Assembly (NCBI GenBank): GCA_902609885.1
Contig: CACLTT010000003.1
Location: 8,809-72,808 of the forward strand
Origin: an uncultured Candidatus Hydrogenedens sp.
GTDB lineage: Bacteria; Desulfobacterota_D; UBA1144
DNA length: 64,000 nt
Direction: 5' to 3'
Shown: positions 28,617 through 39,892 of the stretch, piece after piece
How the letters are laid out: each line of letters opens with the position of its first letter
Position numbering within the stretch: the first letter of the stretch is position 1
Translations under genes and position numbers: made by a program
Notes under the pieces: generated by a model
What the model saw: only the letters and a program-made list of their open reading frames with translations
Database searches by the model: none
Told to the model about the DNA's origin: nothing

Positions 28617-29390
28617 TTACTTATTATTATCTTCGTCAATTTTAGACTTCCAATAAAGCATGTCTCCTGTTTCACAAAGAAATTGTTTTTTTATTTGATT
28701 GTTAATTGGGTTTAAAACAACTGAACGCGGTTCACCAATTTGTGCAATTTTACCTTTATCAATGATTGCGAGTTTATCTGCTACCTCAAGGGCATCATTA
28801 AAATCATGTGAAACAATCAAAGATGTAATCTTCTCATCTTTTAATATCTCTTTGGTATCTTTACGCAATGAAAATTTTAGAGCCCTATCAATCGAACTAA
28901 ATGGTTCATCCATCAATAATATCTTGGGAGACGGGGCAAGAGCTCTTGCAAGAGAAACCCTCTGTTGTTCCCCGCTTGATATTTCATGAGGATAGGAATC
29001 TCTATAATTTATAATTCTAAATATATTCATTAAATATTCAGCTCTCTCAATTTTATAACCTTTTTTACCTTTTAAACCGAAACAAATATTATCTATTACT
29101 TTTAAATGAGGAAATAATGCTCTTTCTTGGACAACTAATCCAATTTCTCTTTTATTCGTATCTATAAAAGACATATGGTCAGAAATAACTCTGTCTCCAA
29201 GGATAATCTCACCACCGGATTGCTTTTCTAATCCTGCTATTATTCTTAATAAAGTTGTCTTACCCGCACCAGACTCACCAATAAGACAGGTAATCTCGCC
29301 ACCAATCAACTCTAGACATAACTTGTCTAATATAGGGCTATTTCCATATGAATGCTCAATATTATTCAAAATTAATTTATTCAATTTCAT
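28617..29390 (-). CDS. ABC transporter ATP-binding protein (Fe3+/thiamine-type importer, short form without TOBE domain)
   Basis: GESGAGKTT Walker A, LSGGEQQRVSLARAL signature. Confidence 0.8.
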   Translation of the reverse strand: MKLNKLILNNIEHSYGNSPILDKLCLELIGGEITCLIGESGAGKTTLLRIIAGLEKQSGGEIILGDRVISDHMSFIDTNKREIGLVVQERALFPHLKVIDNICFGLKGKKGYKIERAEYLMNIFRIINYRDSYPHEISSGEQQRVSLARALAPSPKILLMDEPFSSIDRALKFSLRKDTKEILKDEKITSLIVSHDFNDALEVADKLAIIDKGKIAQIGEPRSVVLNPINNQIKKQFLCETGDMLYWKSKIDEDNNK

Positions 29391-30966
29391 CTTTTCCTAT
29401 TAATTTTATTAATATGATTATAGGTATTAAACAAGCTATTACAATACCGATTGATGGCGCAGCTGCCTCTATCATTCTTTCATCAGAAGCATAATTATAG
29501 GCAGAAACAGATAGAGTATTAAAATTAAAAGGCCTAAGAATAAGAGTGGCAGGTAATTCTTTTATAACCTCTATCATAAACACTAATGTTCCAATTAAAA
29601 AACTCGATTTAAGTAATGGCAAATGTATTGATTTTAAAATTCTTCTATTTGGGCTCCCAAGACTTGATGCAACATTATCTAAATTTATAGATATTTTTTT
29701 AAAACCTGAACTAATTGAAGAATTTGTAACAGCATAAAACTTTACACAATAAGCAAATATTAAACCTATGAGAGATCCAGTTAAAATAATATTTGAGATA
29801 TTATCTAATATCAAAAAGAAGTTAAGAACTCCAAGTGCAAGTACTATTCCTGGAATTCCATATCCAGATGTAATTATTTTATTAATAAAGCTAAGAAAAT
29901 TATTTTTCTCTATTCGAATAATATAATTAATAATTGTTGCTATAGATAAACATATAATTGAACTTATAGCAGCAAGGGATAATGAATTTGTTATAAGACT
30001 AATAAAACCTGAAGAGAAAAATGATGTTTCATAAAATATAGTCCAATAAATAAGTTGAAGAAAAGGAATAAAAAAACCTATAAATATTGGAAGAGAACAA
30101 ATGATAATTGCAAAAAATTCTTTATACCCTTTCAATGGTGTTGGCACTAATTCTCTGTTACTTGTCGAGTTTGAAGTATATAAAATTTTTCTACGAGAAT
30201 ATTTTTCAATTAAAATTAAAAATAGAAAAATCATAAATAATATACTTGCCAGCTGCTTGGCAGTTGTTAAATCATTTAATCCAAACCAAGTTCTAAAAAT
30301 ACCAGATGTAAAAGTTGGGATAGCAAAGTGTTCAACAGCGCCAAAGTCTGATAGAACCTCCATAGCAACCAACATAAGAGCTGCAACTATTGAAGGTCTT
30401 GCAATTGGCAATGCAACTTTAAAAAAAGTCTTAAATCTTGATAGGCCAAGAGTACGAGATACATCAAAAATATCTCTTGATTGATTTAAAAAAGATGTTT
30501 GAGATATTAAAAATACATAAGGATATAATGTAAAAGAAAAAACAATTATTGCACCTGTTATATTCCTAACAGATGGAAACAGTACTGTCTCGGGATCTAA
30601 TTGAAATATAAATCTTGCCAAATCATTTGCAGTTCCATAGCTATCAAATAAACCAGTAAATGCATATGACATAATATATGGCGGGATTGCAAAGGGCAGA
30701 ATGAGGGCCCATGAAAAAAATTTTTTTCCTCTAAACTCACATGTTGATATAATCCAAGCGGTCGATACACCAAGAATAAATACCCCAATAGAAACACCAA
30801 TAAATAGTTTTAATGAATTCAATAAATATTCTGGTAGAACTGTATCAACTAAATGAACCCAGTTAGATGAAAAATCTTGCGCAAGACTAAGGAAAATAAA
30901 TATTGCAGGTAACGAAAAGATTATAGCAACAATAAAAATTGGGGATAAAGAAAAAAAATTTCTCAT
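29377..30966 (-). CDS. ABC transporter permease, duplicated (FbpB/ThiP-type, 529 aa)
   Basis: Two tandem permease modules of about 6 TM each. Confidence 0.75.
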   Translation of the reverse strand: MRNFFSLSPIFIVAIIFSLPAIFIFLSLAQDFSSNWVHLVDTVLPEYLLNSLKLFIGVSIGVFILGVSTAWIISTCEFRGKKFFSWALILPFAIPPYIMSYAFTGLFDSYGTANDLARFIFQLDPETVLFPSVRNITGAIIVFSFTLYPYVFLISQTSFLNQSRDIFDVSRTLGLSRFKTFFKVALPIARPSIVAALMLVAMEVLSDFGAVEHFAIPTFTSGIFRTWFGLNDLTTAKQLASILFMIFLFLILIEKYSRRKILYTSNSTSNRELVPTPLKGYKEFFAIIICSLPIFIGFFIPFLQLIYWTIFYETSFFSSGFISLITNSLSLAAISSIICLSIATIINYIIRIEKNNFLSFINKIITSGYGIPGIVLALGVLNFFLILDNISNIILTGSLIGLIFAYCVKFYAVTNSSISSGFKKISINLDNVASSLGSPNRRILKSIHLPLLKSSFLIGTLVFMIEVIKELPATLILRPFNFNTLSVSAYNYASDERMIEAAAPSIGIVIACLIPIIILIKLIGKDEIE

Positions 30967-31007
30967 TATTTTTAAAAAATATTTATTTGGCAGATTGAAT
31001 TTTTAAA

Positions 31008-32033
31008 CTATTTCCAACCGGCAACATCCATTAGTCTAACAGCTTTTGGATTATTAATGCCTAATTCTTTTACCTTTAATTTATCTTCTTTGTATTTTGA
31101 ACCTAAACCTTTAATAACTGGACTTGGCTCAACTTTATCAATAATTGGGTATTCATAAGTATTTAAAACTATATGTTTTTGAATATCTTTTTCTAATAAA
31201 AATTCAATGTATTTAAGAGCATTATTATAATTTTTAGAATTTTTTAGAATACCTGCACCACTAATATTAACATGAACACCTCTATTGCTTGTATTAGGAA
31301 AAGCTACTGATACTTTTTCAGCAGCATTCTTCTGCTTTTCACCTGACTTACCTGAAAGCATTATTCCTAAATAATAATGATTAACAATGGCTAAATCAGC
31401 CTCACCGTAAGCAACTGCCATAACTTGTGCTCTATCATTACCTTGGGGCTTCCTGGAAAAATTTGATACAAAACCTTTTAGCCATTCTTTAGTTTTAGAT
31501 TCCCCATTGTGATATATCAAAGATGCAATTAAAGATTGATTGTAGATATTTGAAGAGCTTCTAATAGCAATTTTATTTTTAAAATCATTTGACGCTAAAT
31601 CCTCGTAGCTTATATTTTGCATTTTATTCTTATCAAATTTATCAGAGTTATAAACAATAACTCTAAATCTTTTAGCTATTCCAATCCACTTGGCATCTGG
31701 GCCAATAAACCTTTTATCTAATAGTTTTGCGATTTTGTCTGATTTTATTTTTTGAAAATATCCCTCTTTTTCAACTTTCCATAAGTTTCCTGCATCAACA
31801 GTAATAAAAATATCTGCAGGACAATTTTTTCCTTCTGACTTAATTCTTTCAAATAAAGCATTCCCCTTACCAGTAATATAATTAACCTTTATACCGGTTC
31901 TATTTTCAAATTCTTCATATATTTTAATATCTGAATCATAGTGTCGAGAAGTATAAATATTGACCTCCTCTTGTGAAAAAGAATCTTGATATGGTAATAA
32001 AAGAATGAAAAATATCAACAATAAATTTTTCAT
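31008..32033 (-). CDS. periplasmic substrate-binding protein, Fe3+/thiamine ABC family (FbpA/AfuA/ThiB-like)
   Basis: Signal peptide from the internal Met (MKNLLLIFFILLL). Confidence 0.6.
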   Translation of the reverse strand: MKNLLLIFFILLLPYQDSFSQEEVNIYTSRHYDSDIKIYEEFENRTGIKVNYITGKGNALFERIKSEGKNCPADIFITVDAGNLWKVEKEGYFQKIKSDKIAKLLDKRFIGPDAKWIGIAKRFRVIVYNSDKFDKNKMQNISYEDLASNDFKNKIAIRSSSNIYNQSLIASLIYHNGESKTKEWLKGFVSNFSRKPQGNDRAQVMAVAYGEADLAIVNHYYLGIMLSGKSGEKQKNAAEKVSVAFPNTSNRGVHVNISGAGILKNSKNYNNALKYIEFLLEKDIQKHIVLNTYEYPIIDKVEPSPVIKGLGSKYKEDKLKVKELGINNPKAVRLMDVAGWK

Positions 32034-32116
32034 AAATTTTATTATAGATATCATACATCCATAATACAAGTAAAAAAAAAATTAATAAAAAATTAATACA
32101 ATGTTAATATGAAAAT

Positions 32117-32671
32117 ATGAATTCAAAGATACCAATATCTCTTACCTACTTCAGAATAATAATAATTCCTTTTTTTATTTTTACTTATTTCCTCCCAACA
32201 CCTAAAGGAGAATGGATATCTTGTTTTATTTTTGTAATCGCGGCATTTACAGATTATTTAGATGGAAAATTGGCTAGATCAATGAACCAAGAATCTAAGT
32301 TGGGAATGTTGTTAGATCCTGTAGCAGATAAAATAATTGTTACAGTAGCATTACTGCTTATGATTCATGATGGAAAAATCGATGGTTTTCATTTTTATGC
32401 TGCTGTAATCATTATTATCAGGGAAGTTCTCGTTTCTGGGTTAAGAGAATATTTAGCGAAAATTCAAATATCCCTACCTGTAACTCAACTTTCGAAAGTC
32501 AAAACTTTTATTCAAATGTTTTCAATATCAGTCCTACTATCTGGCGAACCTGGAAATTTATTCTTGCTAGGCTACGGCACTATAATTGGGATATTAGGCC
32601 TATGGATTTCAACTATTATTTCTGTGCAAACGGGATATGTTTATACAGTAAAGTGCTTAAAGCATACTTAA
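32117..32671 (+). CDS. pgsA: CDP-diacylglycerol--glycerol-3-phosphate 3-phosphatidyltransferase
   Basis: CDP-alcohol phosphatidyltransferase motif DGKLAR...G...DPVADK. Confidence 0.8.
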   Translation: MNSKIPISLTYFRIIIIPFFIFTYFLPTPKGEWISCFIFVIAAFTDYLDGKLARSMNQESKLGMLLDPVADKIIVTVALLLMIHDGKIDGFHFYAAVIIIIREVLVSGLREYLAKIQISLPVTQLSKVKTFIQMFSISVLLSGEPGNLFLLGYGTIIGILGLWISTIISVQTGYVYTVKCLKHT

Positions 32672-33459
32672 AGATTTTTTATAAATTCATTAATATTATT
32701 TATAAGTTTTTGGTCAAAATTCATCATGTGTTTATCATTTTCAGGAAAATAGTATTCAATTCTTGACTGAGTTCTATTCATTAAAATATCACTCATGAAT
32801 TTTGGAACTAAATCATCTGATTTTCCATGCAAATAAAGTACTGGGCACTTAATTAATGATATTTTTTCTAGGTTATCAAATTTATCTTTTATAATTAACC
32901 GAACTGGTAAAAAAGGAAATTTTCTTTTTCCCATCTCAACTAGTGATGTAAAAGGAGATTCTAATATTAGTCCTTTTGGATTGTTTTTCTTTGCAATTTC
33001 AATTCCAACACCGGTTCCTAAAGATTCACCATATATAACAATTTCATTCTCATCATATCCATATTCTAAAAGCCAATTATAAGCAAATTGTGCATCCAAA
33101 TAAATATTATTCTCTGTGGGAACGCCTTCATTACCATTAAAGCCTCTATAGGATATAAAAAGGTAATTATATCCACTATTATCAAAGGCATTTGCTTTAT
33201 ATGTTCGATTTTCAAGATCTCCTGCATTTCCATGAAAAAATAAAATAATAGGTTTATCTATCTTTTTATTTGAAAACCACGATTTTAATTTTATATTTTT
33301 ATTTTCTAAATATATAACCTTATTATTTTTATTAATTTTTTCATATTTAATATAATTATTAATATTTGGAAAATATATAAAATCTCTTTGATTTATATAC
33401 ATCAGAATACAAACAAAAAAATATGAAACTAATATAATTATTATTGACTTTAAAAGCAT
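32668..33459 (-). CDS. alpha/beta hydrolase
   Basis: GESLGTG nucleophile elbow; N-terminal TM anchor. Confidence 0.6.
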   Translation of the reverse strand: MLLKSIIIILVSYFFVCILMYINQRDFIYFPNINNYIKYEKINKNNKVIYLENKNIKLKSWFSNKKIDKPIILFFHGNAGDLENRTYKANAFDNSGYNYLFISYRGFNGNEGVPTENNIYLDAQFAYNWLLEYGYDENEIVIYGESLGTGVGIEIAKKNNPKGLILESPFTSLVEMGKRKFPFLPVRLIIKDKFDNLEKISLIKCPVLYLHGKSDDLVPKFMSDILMNRTQSRIEYYFPENDKHMMNFDQKLINNINEFIKNL

Positions 33460-33567
33460 ATTAAATTTGTCCTCTTATATATATTAATATAAAATTAATA
33501 AATGAGATATTTTGCATTATTATTATTTTTAGTTTCTATTTTAGTTTCTTGCTCAACTTATAAATAG

Positions 33568-34344
33568 CTAATATATTTTAGGATTTTTTTCTGGTTTGCC
33601 AAAATTACCTGAAATTCTAAGTACTTTTAATTTATGAGTACCATCTTCATTTAGTTCTAAATCTAAATACCCGGGATTTATTGTATCGAGTGTAAATTCT
33701 TCAGAAGAGTATTTGAATTGGGCGCTTGTTGATGGAGTAGATATAAATACCTTATCCCTCATAATATTTTTTGTATATTGATGAATATGGCCAGAAATAA
33801 TCAACTTTAAATTTAGAATTTTTGAAAGCTCCTCTCTAATTTTAACAAAATTTCTTGTTATATGGATGTCTAACCAAGGAGAAAATGTTTCAAACAAATT
33901 ATGATGTAAATATAAAATTCCGAACGATTGTGGTTTTTTATTTAAGATTTTTTTAATTTTATCTATTTTATCATGTGTAATTTCGCCATATATAGCACCT
34001 TTTTTATAAGATTCTATTGGTATAAAAATCCAATTTTCAAAACTAAATGGAGGATTATGCTCTACAAAATCATTAATAGGTAATATTTTTTTAATATCAT
34101 GATTACCACGGATTAATAATTTTTTAATTTTTATTCTAGATAATTGTTTATTTAAAAATTCAAATGACTCTTTTTTTTGATCTTGTATCATATCTCCTAA
34201 AAAAAGTACTAATTCATATTTATCAATATTTTTTACTAAGTTATTAACAACTGCCTTAAAAGACCTAAATGTATCAATTCCTAGAAATGATGAATTTTTA
34301 ATTAAATGTGAATCTGAAATAATCGCAATTCTGAATTTCTTCAT
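33568..34344 (-). CDS. metallophosphoesterase (CpdA-like cyclic nucleotide phosphodiesterase family)
   Basis: DSHL, GDMIQD, GNHD, GHIH motifs. Confidence 0.7.
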   Translation of the reverse strand: MKKFRIAIISDSHLIKNSSFLGIDTFRSFKAVVNNLVKNIDKYELVLFLGDMIQDQKKESFEFLNKQLSRIKIKKLLIRGNHDIKKILPINDFVEHNPPFSFENWIFIPIESYKKGAIYGEITHDKIDKIKKILNKKPQSFGILYLHHNLFETFSPWLDIHITRNFVKIREELSKILNLKLIISGHIHQYTKNIMRDKVFISTPSTSAQFKYSSEEFTLDTINPGYLDLELNEDGTHKLKVLRISGNFGKPEKNPKIY

Positions 34345-34386
34345 TTAACTGTATTATATTACATAACTTTTTGTTAGAATATCACA

Positions 34387-35013
34387 ATGAATAAATATAT
34401 AGCAGAATTATACGGAACATTCTTATTGGTATTAGCCATTATAGGAACTTTTATTATGACTCAATCCTTAGGAGCTCCTTCTTACATTACTTTGTTAACA
34501 GTAGCATTAGCCGTTGCACTTGTATTACTTTCTAACATAACAATTTTTTCAAAAGTCTCAGGCGCTCACTTTAATCCTGCAGTTAGTTTAATGATGTATT
34601 TGAGGAAAAATATAACTTTTCAGGAATTTATTTCCTATTCATTATTACAAATATTAGGTGCTGTCTCAGCGGTCATTTTTGCTCACTTAACATTTGATTT
34701 TGGACAAACTTCCATTTCTTTTGTTTCAAGAAGTACAAATGGAATATTGCTATCAGAATTTTTAGCAACTGCTGGGCTGCTTGTAGCTATTATTCATTCA
34801 GAGAAATTTTTTCCTGACAGAGTGCCTTCTGTTGTTGCCTCATATATTTTTGCGGCTACCTTCTTTACAACCTCAACCTGTTTTGCGAATCCAGCTGTAA
34901 CAATCTCTAGAATTTTTACCGACACTGGGGTAGGTATAAATTTAGAATCTGCGATGATGTTTGTTCTTGTTGAATTATTAGCAGTATTTATTGTTTCAAA
35001 AGCAATTAATTAA
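34387..35013 (+). CDS. MIP-family channel (aquaporin/glycerol facilitator-like)
   Basis: Two NPA motifs (HFNPAVS, NPAVTIS); six TM helices. Confidence 0.75.
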   Translation: MNKYIAELYGTFLLVLAIIGTFIMTQSLGAPSYITLLTVALAVALVLLSNITIFSKVSGAHFNPAVSLMMYLRKNITFQEFISYSLLQILGAVSAVIFAHLTFDFGQTSISFVSRSTNGILLSEFLATAGLLVAIIHSEKFFPDRVPSVVASYIFAATFFTTSTCFANPAVTISRIFTDTGVGINLESAMMFVLVELLAVFIVSKAIN

Positions 35014-35222
35014 TGCTTAGCTATCATCGATTGGATTGAAAGACTTACAGATGGATCTTCAGTAATACTCAGTTGTTCTTCTATTTTTTCATTAACTATT
35101 CTATATGCAATTTTAAGCATATTAGTATCTGAAAAAACTTTAAAATAATCCAGGCGCCTAATTTCATTTGCCAAAAGATTGCAAGCTTGATTTTTCTTTT
35201 CTTTATTACTCATGGACAGCAA
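35010..35222 (-). CDS. hypothetical small protein
   Basis: ORF only. Confidence 0.25.
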   Translation of the reverse strand: MLSMSNKEKKNQACNLLANEIRRLDYFKVFSDTNMLKIAYRIVNEKIEEQLSITEDPSVSLSIQSMIAKH

Positions 35223-35351
35223 TTATCCAGTATTAATTTATTTTTGTCAAGAATATAAATTAAAAATTTATTATATTAATTTAATTTAAAAAATTAATTT
35301 TGATAGAATGTATATTTGTCTAATTTTTTATTTAATTTTTAGTCAAAATCT

Positions 35352-35380
35352 TTGACATTTTCTAAAGTATGGACTATAAA
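35352..35380 (+). promoter_or_regulatory. near-consensus sigma70 promoter
   Basis: TTGACA-17 nt-TATAAA. Confidence 0.6.
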
Positions 35381-35388
35381 GTTAATAT

Positions 35389-35445
35389 AGGCTTATATCC
35401 TATAAATTCGTCTCCTCCTGATTTTAGATATAAGCCTTTTTTTTG
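35389..35445 (+). terminator. hairpin + U-run immediately downstream of the promoter (leader attenuator or short sRNA)
   Basis: aggcttatatc / gatataagcct 11-bp stem, 27-nt loop containing tctcctcc, then T8. Lies 70 nt before oadG. Confidence 0.5.
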
Positions 35446-35514
35446 TTTGTCATTCGCTCTTTTTTTTACTAAAATAACTATGGTTTAAAAAAAATTAAAG
35501 AAGGAGTTTTCACA

Positions 35515-35730
35515 TTGATAGGTGAATCTATAAATTTCATGATTTTGGGAATGGCAACAGTATTCTCTTTTTTATTGATCATGATATTAATATTAAGAAT
35601 ACAAGCTTATATAATTTCCAGGCTAGTAGCTGATGATAACTTTAGCTCAAGCTCAGAAACAATTATAAATGATAAAAAAAAGGTTGCTGTAATTTCAGCT
35701 GCTATAGAAAAACACAAAGAAAACAAATAG
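35515..35730 (+). CDS. oadG: oxaloacetate decarboxylase gamma subunit
   Basis: 71 aa with a single TM; first gene of the oadGAB arrangement. Confidence 0.6.
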   Translation: MIGESINFMILGMATVFSFLLIMILILRIQAYIISRLVADDNFSSSSETIINDKKKVAVISAAIEKHKENK

Positions 35731-35751
35731 TATTTTATAGAAAGAAAAGAT

Positions 35752-37566
35752 ATGAGCAAAAAATATATAGATATAATGGATACGACATTCAGAGATGGAT
35801 TTCAGTCAGTATTTGGCGGTAGAGTTTTAATAGAAGATTTTATGCCTGCCGTAGAGGAAGCTGCAAAAGCGGGGATAACTCATTTTGAATTTGGTGGTGG
35901 CGCTAGATTTCAAAGTTTATTCTTTTATCTTAATGAAAATGCATTTGATATGATGGATAAATTTCGTGATGTAGTTGGGCCAAATGCTAATCTGCAAACT
36001 TTATCAAGGGGGATAAACACAGTTGCATTAGATACGGGTAGTAGAGAAATTGTAGATTTGCATGCAAAAATGTTTAAAAAACATGGAACAACTACTATTA
36101 GAAATTTTGATGCTTTAAATGACGTTTCGAACCTTCAATATAGCGCTGAATGTGTAAACAAACATAACCTAAAACATGAGGCAGTAATAACAATGATGGA
36201 CTTACCTCCAGGTTGTGTTGGGGCTCATACAGTTGAATTTTATGAAAATATATTAAAACAAATACTAGATGCAGAAATGAAATTTACTTCACTATGTTTT
36301 AAAGATGCCAGTGGAACTTCTCATCCAAAAAAAGTTTATGAGACAATAAAAATGGCAAGAAGGCTTCTAGATGATAAAATGCACGTTAGGTTCCATACAC
36401 ATGAAACTGCTGGTGTGAGTGTAGCGTGTTATCTTGCTGCACTTGAAGCTGGTGCAGATGGTATTGATACAGCAGTAGATCCATTATCTGGTGGAACTAG
36501 TCAGCCTGATCTTTTGACAATGCTTCATGCAACAAAAAATTCTGAATTTAATCTTGGAGATCTAGAATCAAATAAAATACTTAAATACAGAGAAATTTTA
36601 ATAGAGAGATTAAAAGATTATTATTTTCCAGGTGAAGCCCAAAAGGTATCACCATTAATTCCATTTTCTCCCATGCCAGGAGGAGCATTAACAGCTAACA
36701 CTCAAATGATGAGAGATAATAATATCTTAGATAAGTTCCCGCAAGTCATAGACGCAATGGGCGAAGTAGTTGAAAAAGGTGGGTATGGAACATCAGTTAC
36801 ACCAGTTTCTCAATTTTATTGGCAGCAGGCTTTTTCAAATGTTATGTTTGGAAATTGGAAAAAAATAGCTGATGGATATGGAAAAATGGTGTTAGGATAT
36901 TTTGGAAAAACTCCAACAAAACCTAACGAAGAAATTGTTAAGTTGGCATCTGAGCAGTTAAAGCTTGAGCCTACGACAGAAAACCCTTTGGATATAGCGG
37001 ATAGAGATGAAAAGAAAAGCATTAAATATTGGACAAAGATTTTAACTAACGAAGGTTTAGATGCGACCGAAGAAAATATTTTTATTGCAGCTGCATGCGC
37101 TGAGAAAGGAATTGAATTTTTAAAAGGTGAGATCACTGCTAATGTGAGAAAAATTGACCCTGCATCTGATAATGAACTTCAAAAAACTGATAAAAAAATT
37201 GATAATACTGCATCTGTTTATACGGTTATTTTAGATGGTGAAAAATATAACGTTCAAGTAGCAGAAGGAGAAGATATAGATATTACTCCAGCCACGAATG
37301 TTCAAAAAAAACAAGCTACAGATTCTGGAAAACAAGATACTTCTTCGGAATCAGGAACGGGCGTCAAGGCTCCTGTTAATGGAGTTGTTATAAAAATTAT
37401 TTCTAACATAGGGGATAAAGTATCAGCAGAGCAAACTGTATTAATTTTAGAATCGATGAAGATGGAAATTGAGGTAAAAGCTGGAAATGATGGTTCTATT
37501 GCTTCAATAGATGTTACAAAAGGTCAAAATGTTGAGGAAGGTCAAGCAATATTTACCTTAAAATAA
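35752..37566 (+). CDS. oadA: oxaloacetate decarboxylase alpha subunit (carboxyltransferase + biotinyl domain)
   Basis: [10 protein letters not shown] and FHTHETAG carboxyltransferase motifs; C-terminal biotinyl ESMKMEIEV. Confidence 0.85.
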   Translation: MSKKYIDIMDTTFRDGFQSVFGGRVLIEDFMPAVEEAAKAGITHFEFGGGARFQSLFFYLNENAFDMMDKFRDVVGPNANLQTLSRGINTVALDTGSREIVDLHAKMFKKHGTTTIRNFDALNDVSNLQYSAECVNKHNLKHEAVITMMDLPPGCVGAHTVEFYENILKQILDAEMKFTSLCFKDASGTSHPKKVYETIKMARRLLDDKMHVRFHTHETAGVSVACYLAALEAGADGIDTAVDPLSGGTSQPDLLTMLHATKNSEFNLGDLESNKILKYREILIERLKDYYFPGEAQKVSPLIPFSPMPGGALTANTQMMRDNNILDKFPQVIDAMGEVVEKGGYGTSVTPVSQFYWQQAFSNVMFGNWKKIADGYGKMVLGYFGKTPTKPNEEIVKLASEQLKLEPTTENPLDIADRDEKKSIKYWTKILTNEGLDATEENIFIAAACAEKGIEFLKGEITANVRKIDPASDNELQKTDKKIDNTASVYTVILDGEKYNVQVAEGEDIDITPATNVQKKQATDSGKQDTSSESGTGVKAPVNGVVIKIISNIGDKVSAEQTVLILESMKMEIEVKAGNDGSIASIDVTKGQNVEEGQAIFTLK

Positions 37567-37570
37567 ATAT

Positions 37571-38887
37571 ATGAGAAAGCTTATTATTTTTAGTTTATTA
37601 TTTTTTACTTTTTTTTCATTTATGAACTTAAACTCATATGCTTCAGAAATTGGAAATAAAGGCACAGAGGAATTTGAAAAAAAGAATCTCTCTGAATTGA
37701 TTAATAACCTATATAAATCAACAGGAGTTCATGAGTTTTTCAATCCCGTAGAAGGTAAGCTTGATGCGGATAAGAAAAGCGCTATGTCTCTTTTTAATCA
37801 AACATGGGGTAGAGCAATTATGATCATAATTGCTTTCTGTCTTTTTTACTTAGCTATTGCTAAAAATTTTGAACCACTTCTTTTGATACCTATTGGTTTT
37901 GGTGGCTTATTAGCTAACATTCCAATTGCAGAGATTGCAGGACCAAATGGTTTTGTTGGAATTTTATATACAATGGGAGTTGAAACAGGTCTTTTTCCAA
38001 TATTAATTTTTATGGGTGTTGGAGCTATGACAGACTTTGGTCCACTAATAGCAAACCCTAAAACTGCATTATTAGGAGCTGCTGCACAATTTGGTATTTT
38101 TGGGACTCTAGTTGGTGCTGTATTTCTTACACAAAATACTGATATTATTAATTTCTCTCTTCAGGATTCAGCCGCAATAAGCATTATAGGTGGTGCGGAT
38201 GGGCCCACAGCAATATTTATAGCTTCAAGATTAGCTCCTGATCTACTTGGTGCTATAGCAGTGGCAGCATATTCGTATATGGCCTTAGTTCCAATAATTC
38301 AGCCACCAATAATGAAAGCTTTAACAACTGAAAAGGAAAGGCAAATAAAAATGGTTCAATTAAGAAATGTAAAAAAAGTAGAGAAAATAATTTTTCCACT
38401 TACTGTATTGTTTTTGTGCATATTAGCTCTTCCTGATGCAACTCCATTAGTTGGAGCACTTTGTTTCGGCAATTTTGTAAAAGAATCAGGTGTTGTTGAA
38501 AGATTGTCAGAAACACTGCAAAATTCTTTAATAAATATTGTAACTATATTCCTTGGTTTAGCAGTTGGCTCTAAACTAGCAGCTGATAAGTTTTTAGTAC
38601 CTGAGACACTTGGGATAATTTTTTTAGGACTTGCTGCTTTTTCTGTTGGAACGATCACGGGTCTTTTAATGGCTAAATTAATGAACAAATTATCAAAAGA
38701 TCCGATAAATCCTTTGATTGGGTCCGCAGGTGTATCAGCTGTTCCTATGGCTGCTCGTGTATCAAATAGAGTTGGTATGGATTCAAATCCTTCAAATGTA
38801 TTACTTATGCATGCAATGGGTCCCAATGTTGCTGGTGTAATTGGTTCCGCTGTTGCCGCAGGGGTCTTAATTTCAATTTTTGGTTAA
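37571..38887 (+). CDS. oadB: Na+-transporting oxaloacetate decarboxylase beta subunit
   Basis: 438-aa polytopic OadB/GcdB family. Confidence 0.8.
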   Translation: MRKLIIFSLLFFTFFSFMNLNSYASEIGNKGTEEFEKKNLSELINNLYKSTGVHEFFNPVEGKLDADKKSAMSLFNQTWGRAIMIIIAFCLFYLAIAKNFEPLLLIPIGFGGLLANIPIAEIAGPNGFVGILYTMGVETGLFPILIFMGVGAMTDFGPLIANPKTALLGAAAQFGIFGTLVGAVFLTQNTDIINFSLQDSAAISIIGGADGPTAIFIASRLAPDLLGAIAVAAYSYMALVPIIQPPIMKALTTEKERQIKMVQLRNVKKVEKIIFPLTVLFLCILALPDATPLVGALCFGNFVKESGVVERLSETLQNSLINIVTIFLGLAVGSKLAADKFLVPETLGIIFLGLAAFSVGTITGLLMAKLMNKLSKDPINPLIGSAGVSAVPMAARVSNRVGMDSNPSNVLLMHAMGPNVAGVIGSAVAAGVLISIFG

Positions 38888-39367
38888 ATGGATTTAGTTT
38901 TTGATATAGAAACGAATGGTTTTGTTAAGGATATGACAACTATTCATTGTATAGTAACTCAAGACTTATCTAATAGTAATGTCTCATCTTATCATGGAGA
39001 TAAAATAGTAGATGGTATTAAAAAATTAGAATCTGCTAATGCAATAATTGGCCATAACATAATTGGTTTTGACATACCTGCTATTAATAAGCTATATGAA
39101 TTTAATCCACAAGGTAGGATACTCGATACCTTAGTTTATGTTAGAAAATTATGGCCAGATATTAAAGTATCTGACTTAAATAATCCTAATATTCCTGAAA
39201 GTTTAAAAGGTAGGCACTCTTTGGATGCATGGGGGCATAGATTAGGTGAAAATAAAGGTAGTTACGATAAAGGTTGGGATATTTATACTGAAGAAATGCT
39301 AAAATATTGCATACAAGATGTGAAAGTGACTAGCATTTTGTGGAAGCTAATAAGTTCAAAATTATAA
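38888..39367 (+). CDS. small DEDDy-type 3'-5' exonuclease
   Basis: Exo I DIETNG, Exo II HNIIGFDIPAI, Exo III YCIQD. Starts 1 nt after the oadB stop. Confidence 0.55.
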   Translation: MDLVFDIETNGFVKDMTTIHCIVTQDLSNSNVSSYHGDKIVDGIKKLESANAIIGHNIIGFDIPAINKLYEFNPQGRILDTLVYVRKLWPDIKVSDLNNPNIPESLKGRHSLDAWGHRLGENKGSYDKGWDIYTEEMLKYCIQDVKVTSILWKLISSKL

Positions 39368-39886
39368 TTTTTTATTTTTTTTTAATATCTTAGATAATAA
39401 GGGTGTCCAAGCAATAATCAAAGGAACCGGTCTTCTAATATAAAAAACAATTATTAGTAGGATAATATTTGTAAACCAAACTTCTGGTTGACCCCACGAA
39501 AACCCATCAAATTTATAATCAGATAATGGCCAAAAAATTTTTGTCCCAAAAAAATCTCTAGAATGGGATACAGAATCTAAAATTGTATGAAAAGGCCATG
39601 CTAAAGCGGCAAAAGATAAATATTTTTTTTTACAAAAAAATAGCACCAAAACTAAAAGAATTCCTGTTATTAAACTATGAGAAAAATCATAAATTAAAAA
39701 AACCCAATCAGGAATAGAAGATATTGAAGGTTTGCCGTATGAAAAATTACCATTAATTAATTTATAGAATAAGTTCGGAATAAAAGGAAGGAGATCTGGT
39801 GCCGCACCAAATACTAAAGGAAGATAAAGATATTTTTTATAACCAAATAAAGCTTTACCCCAAAGGGCATGACTGAAAGTATCCAA
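39362..39886 (-). CDS. membrane-bound metal-dependent hydrolase family (YdjM/DUF457-like)
   Basis: Several TM helices with His residues; MDTFSHALWG N-terminus. Confidence 0.4.
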   Translation of the reverse strand: MDTFSHALWGKALFGYKKYLYLPLVFGAAPDLLPFIPNLFYKLINGNFSYGKPSISSIPDWVFLIYDFSHSLITGILLVLVLFFCKKKYLSFAALAWPFHTILDSVSHSRDFFGTKIFWPLSDYKFDGFSWGQPEVWFTNIILLIIVFYIRRPVPLIIAWTPLLSKILKKNKKL

Positions 39887-39892
39887 AAAAAA

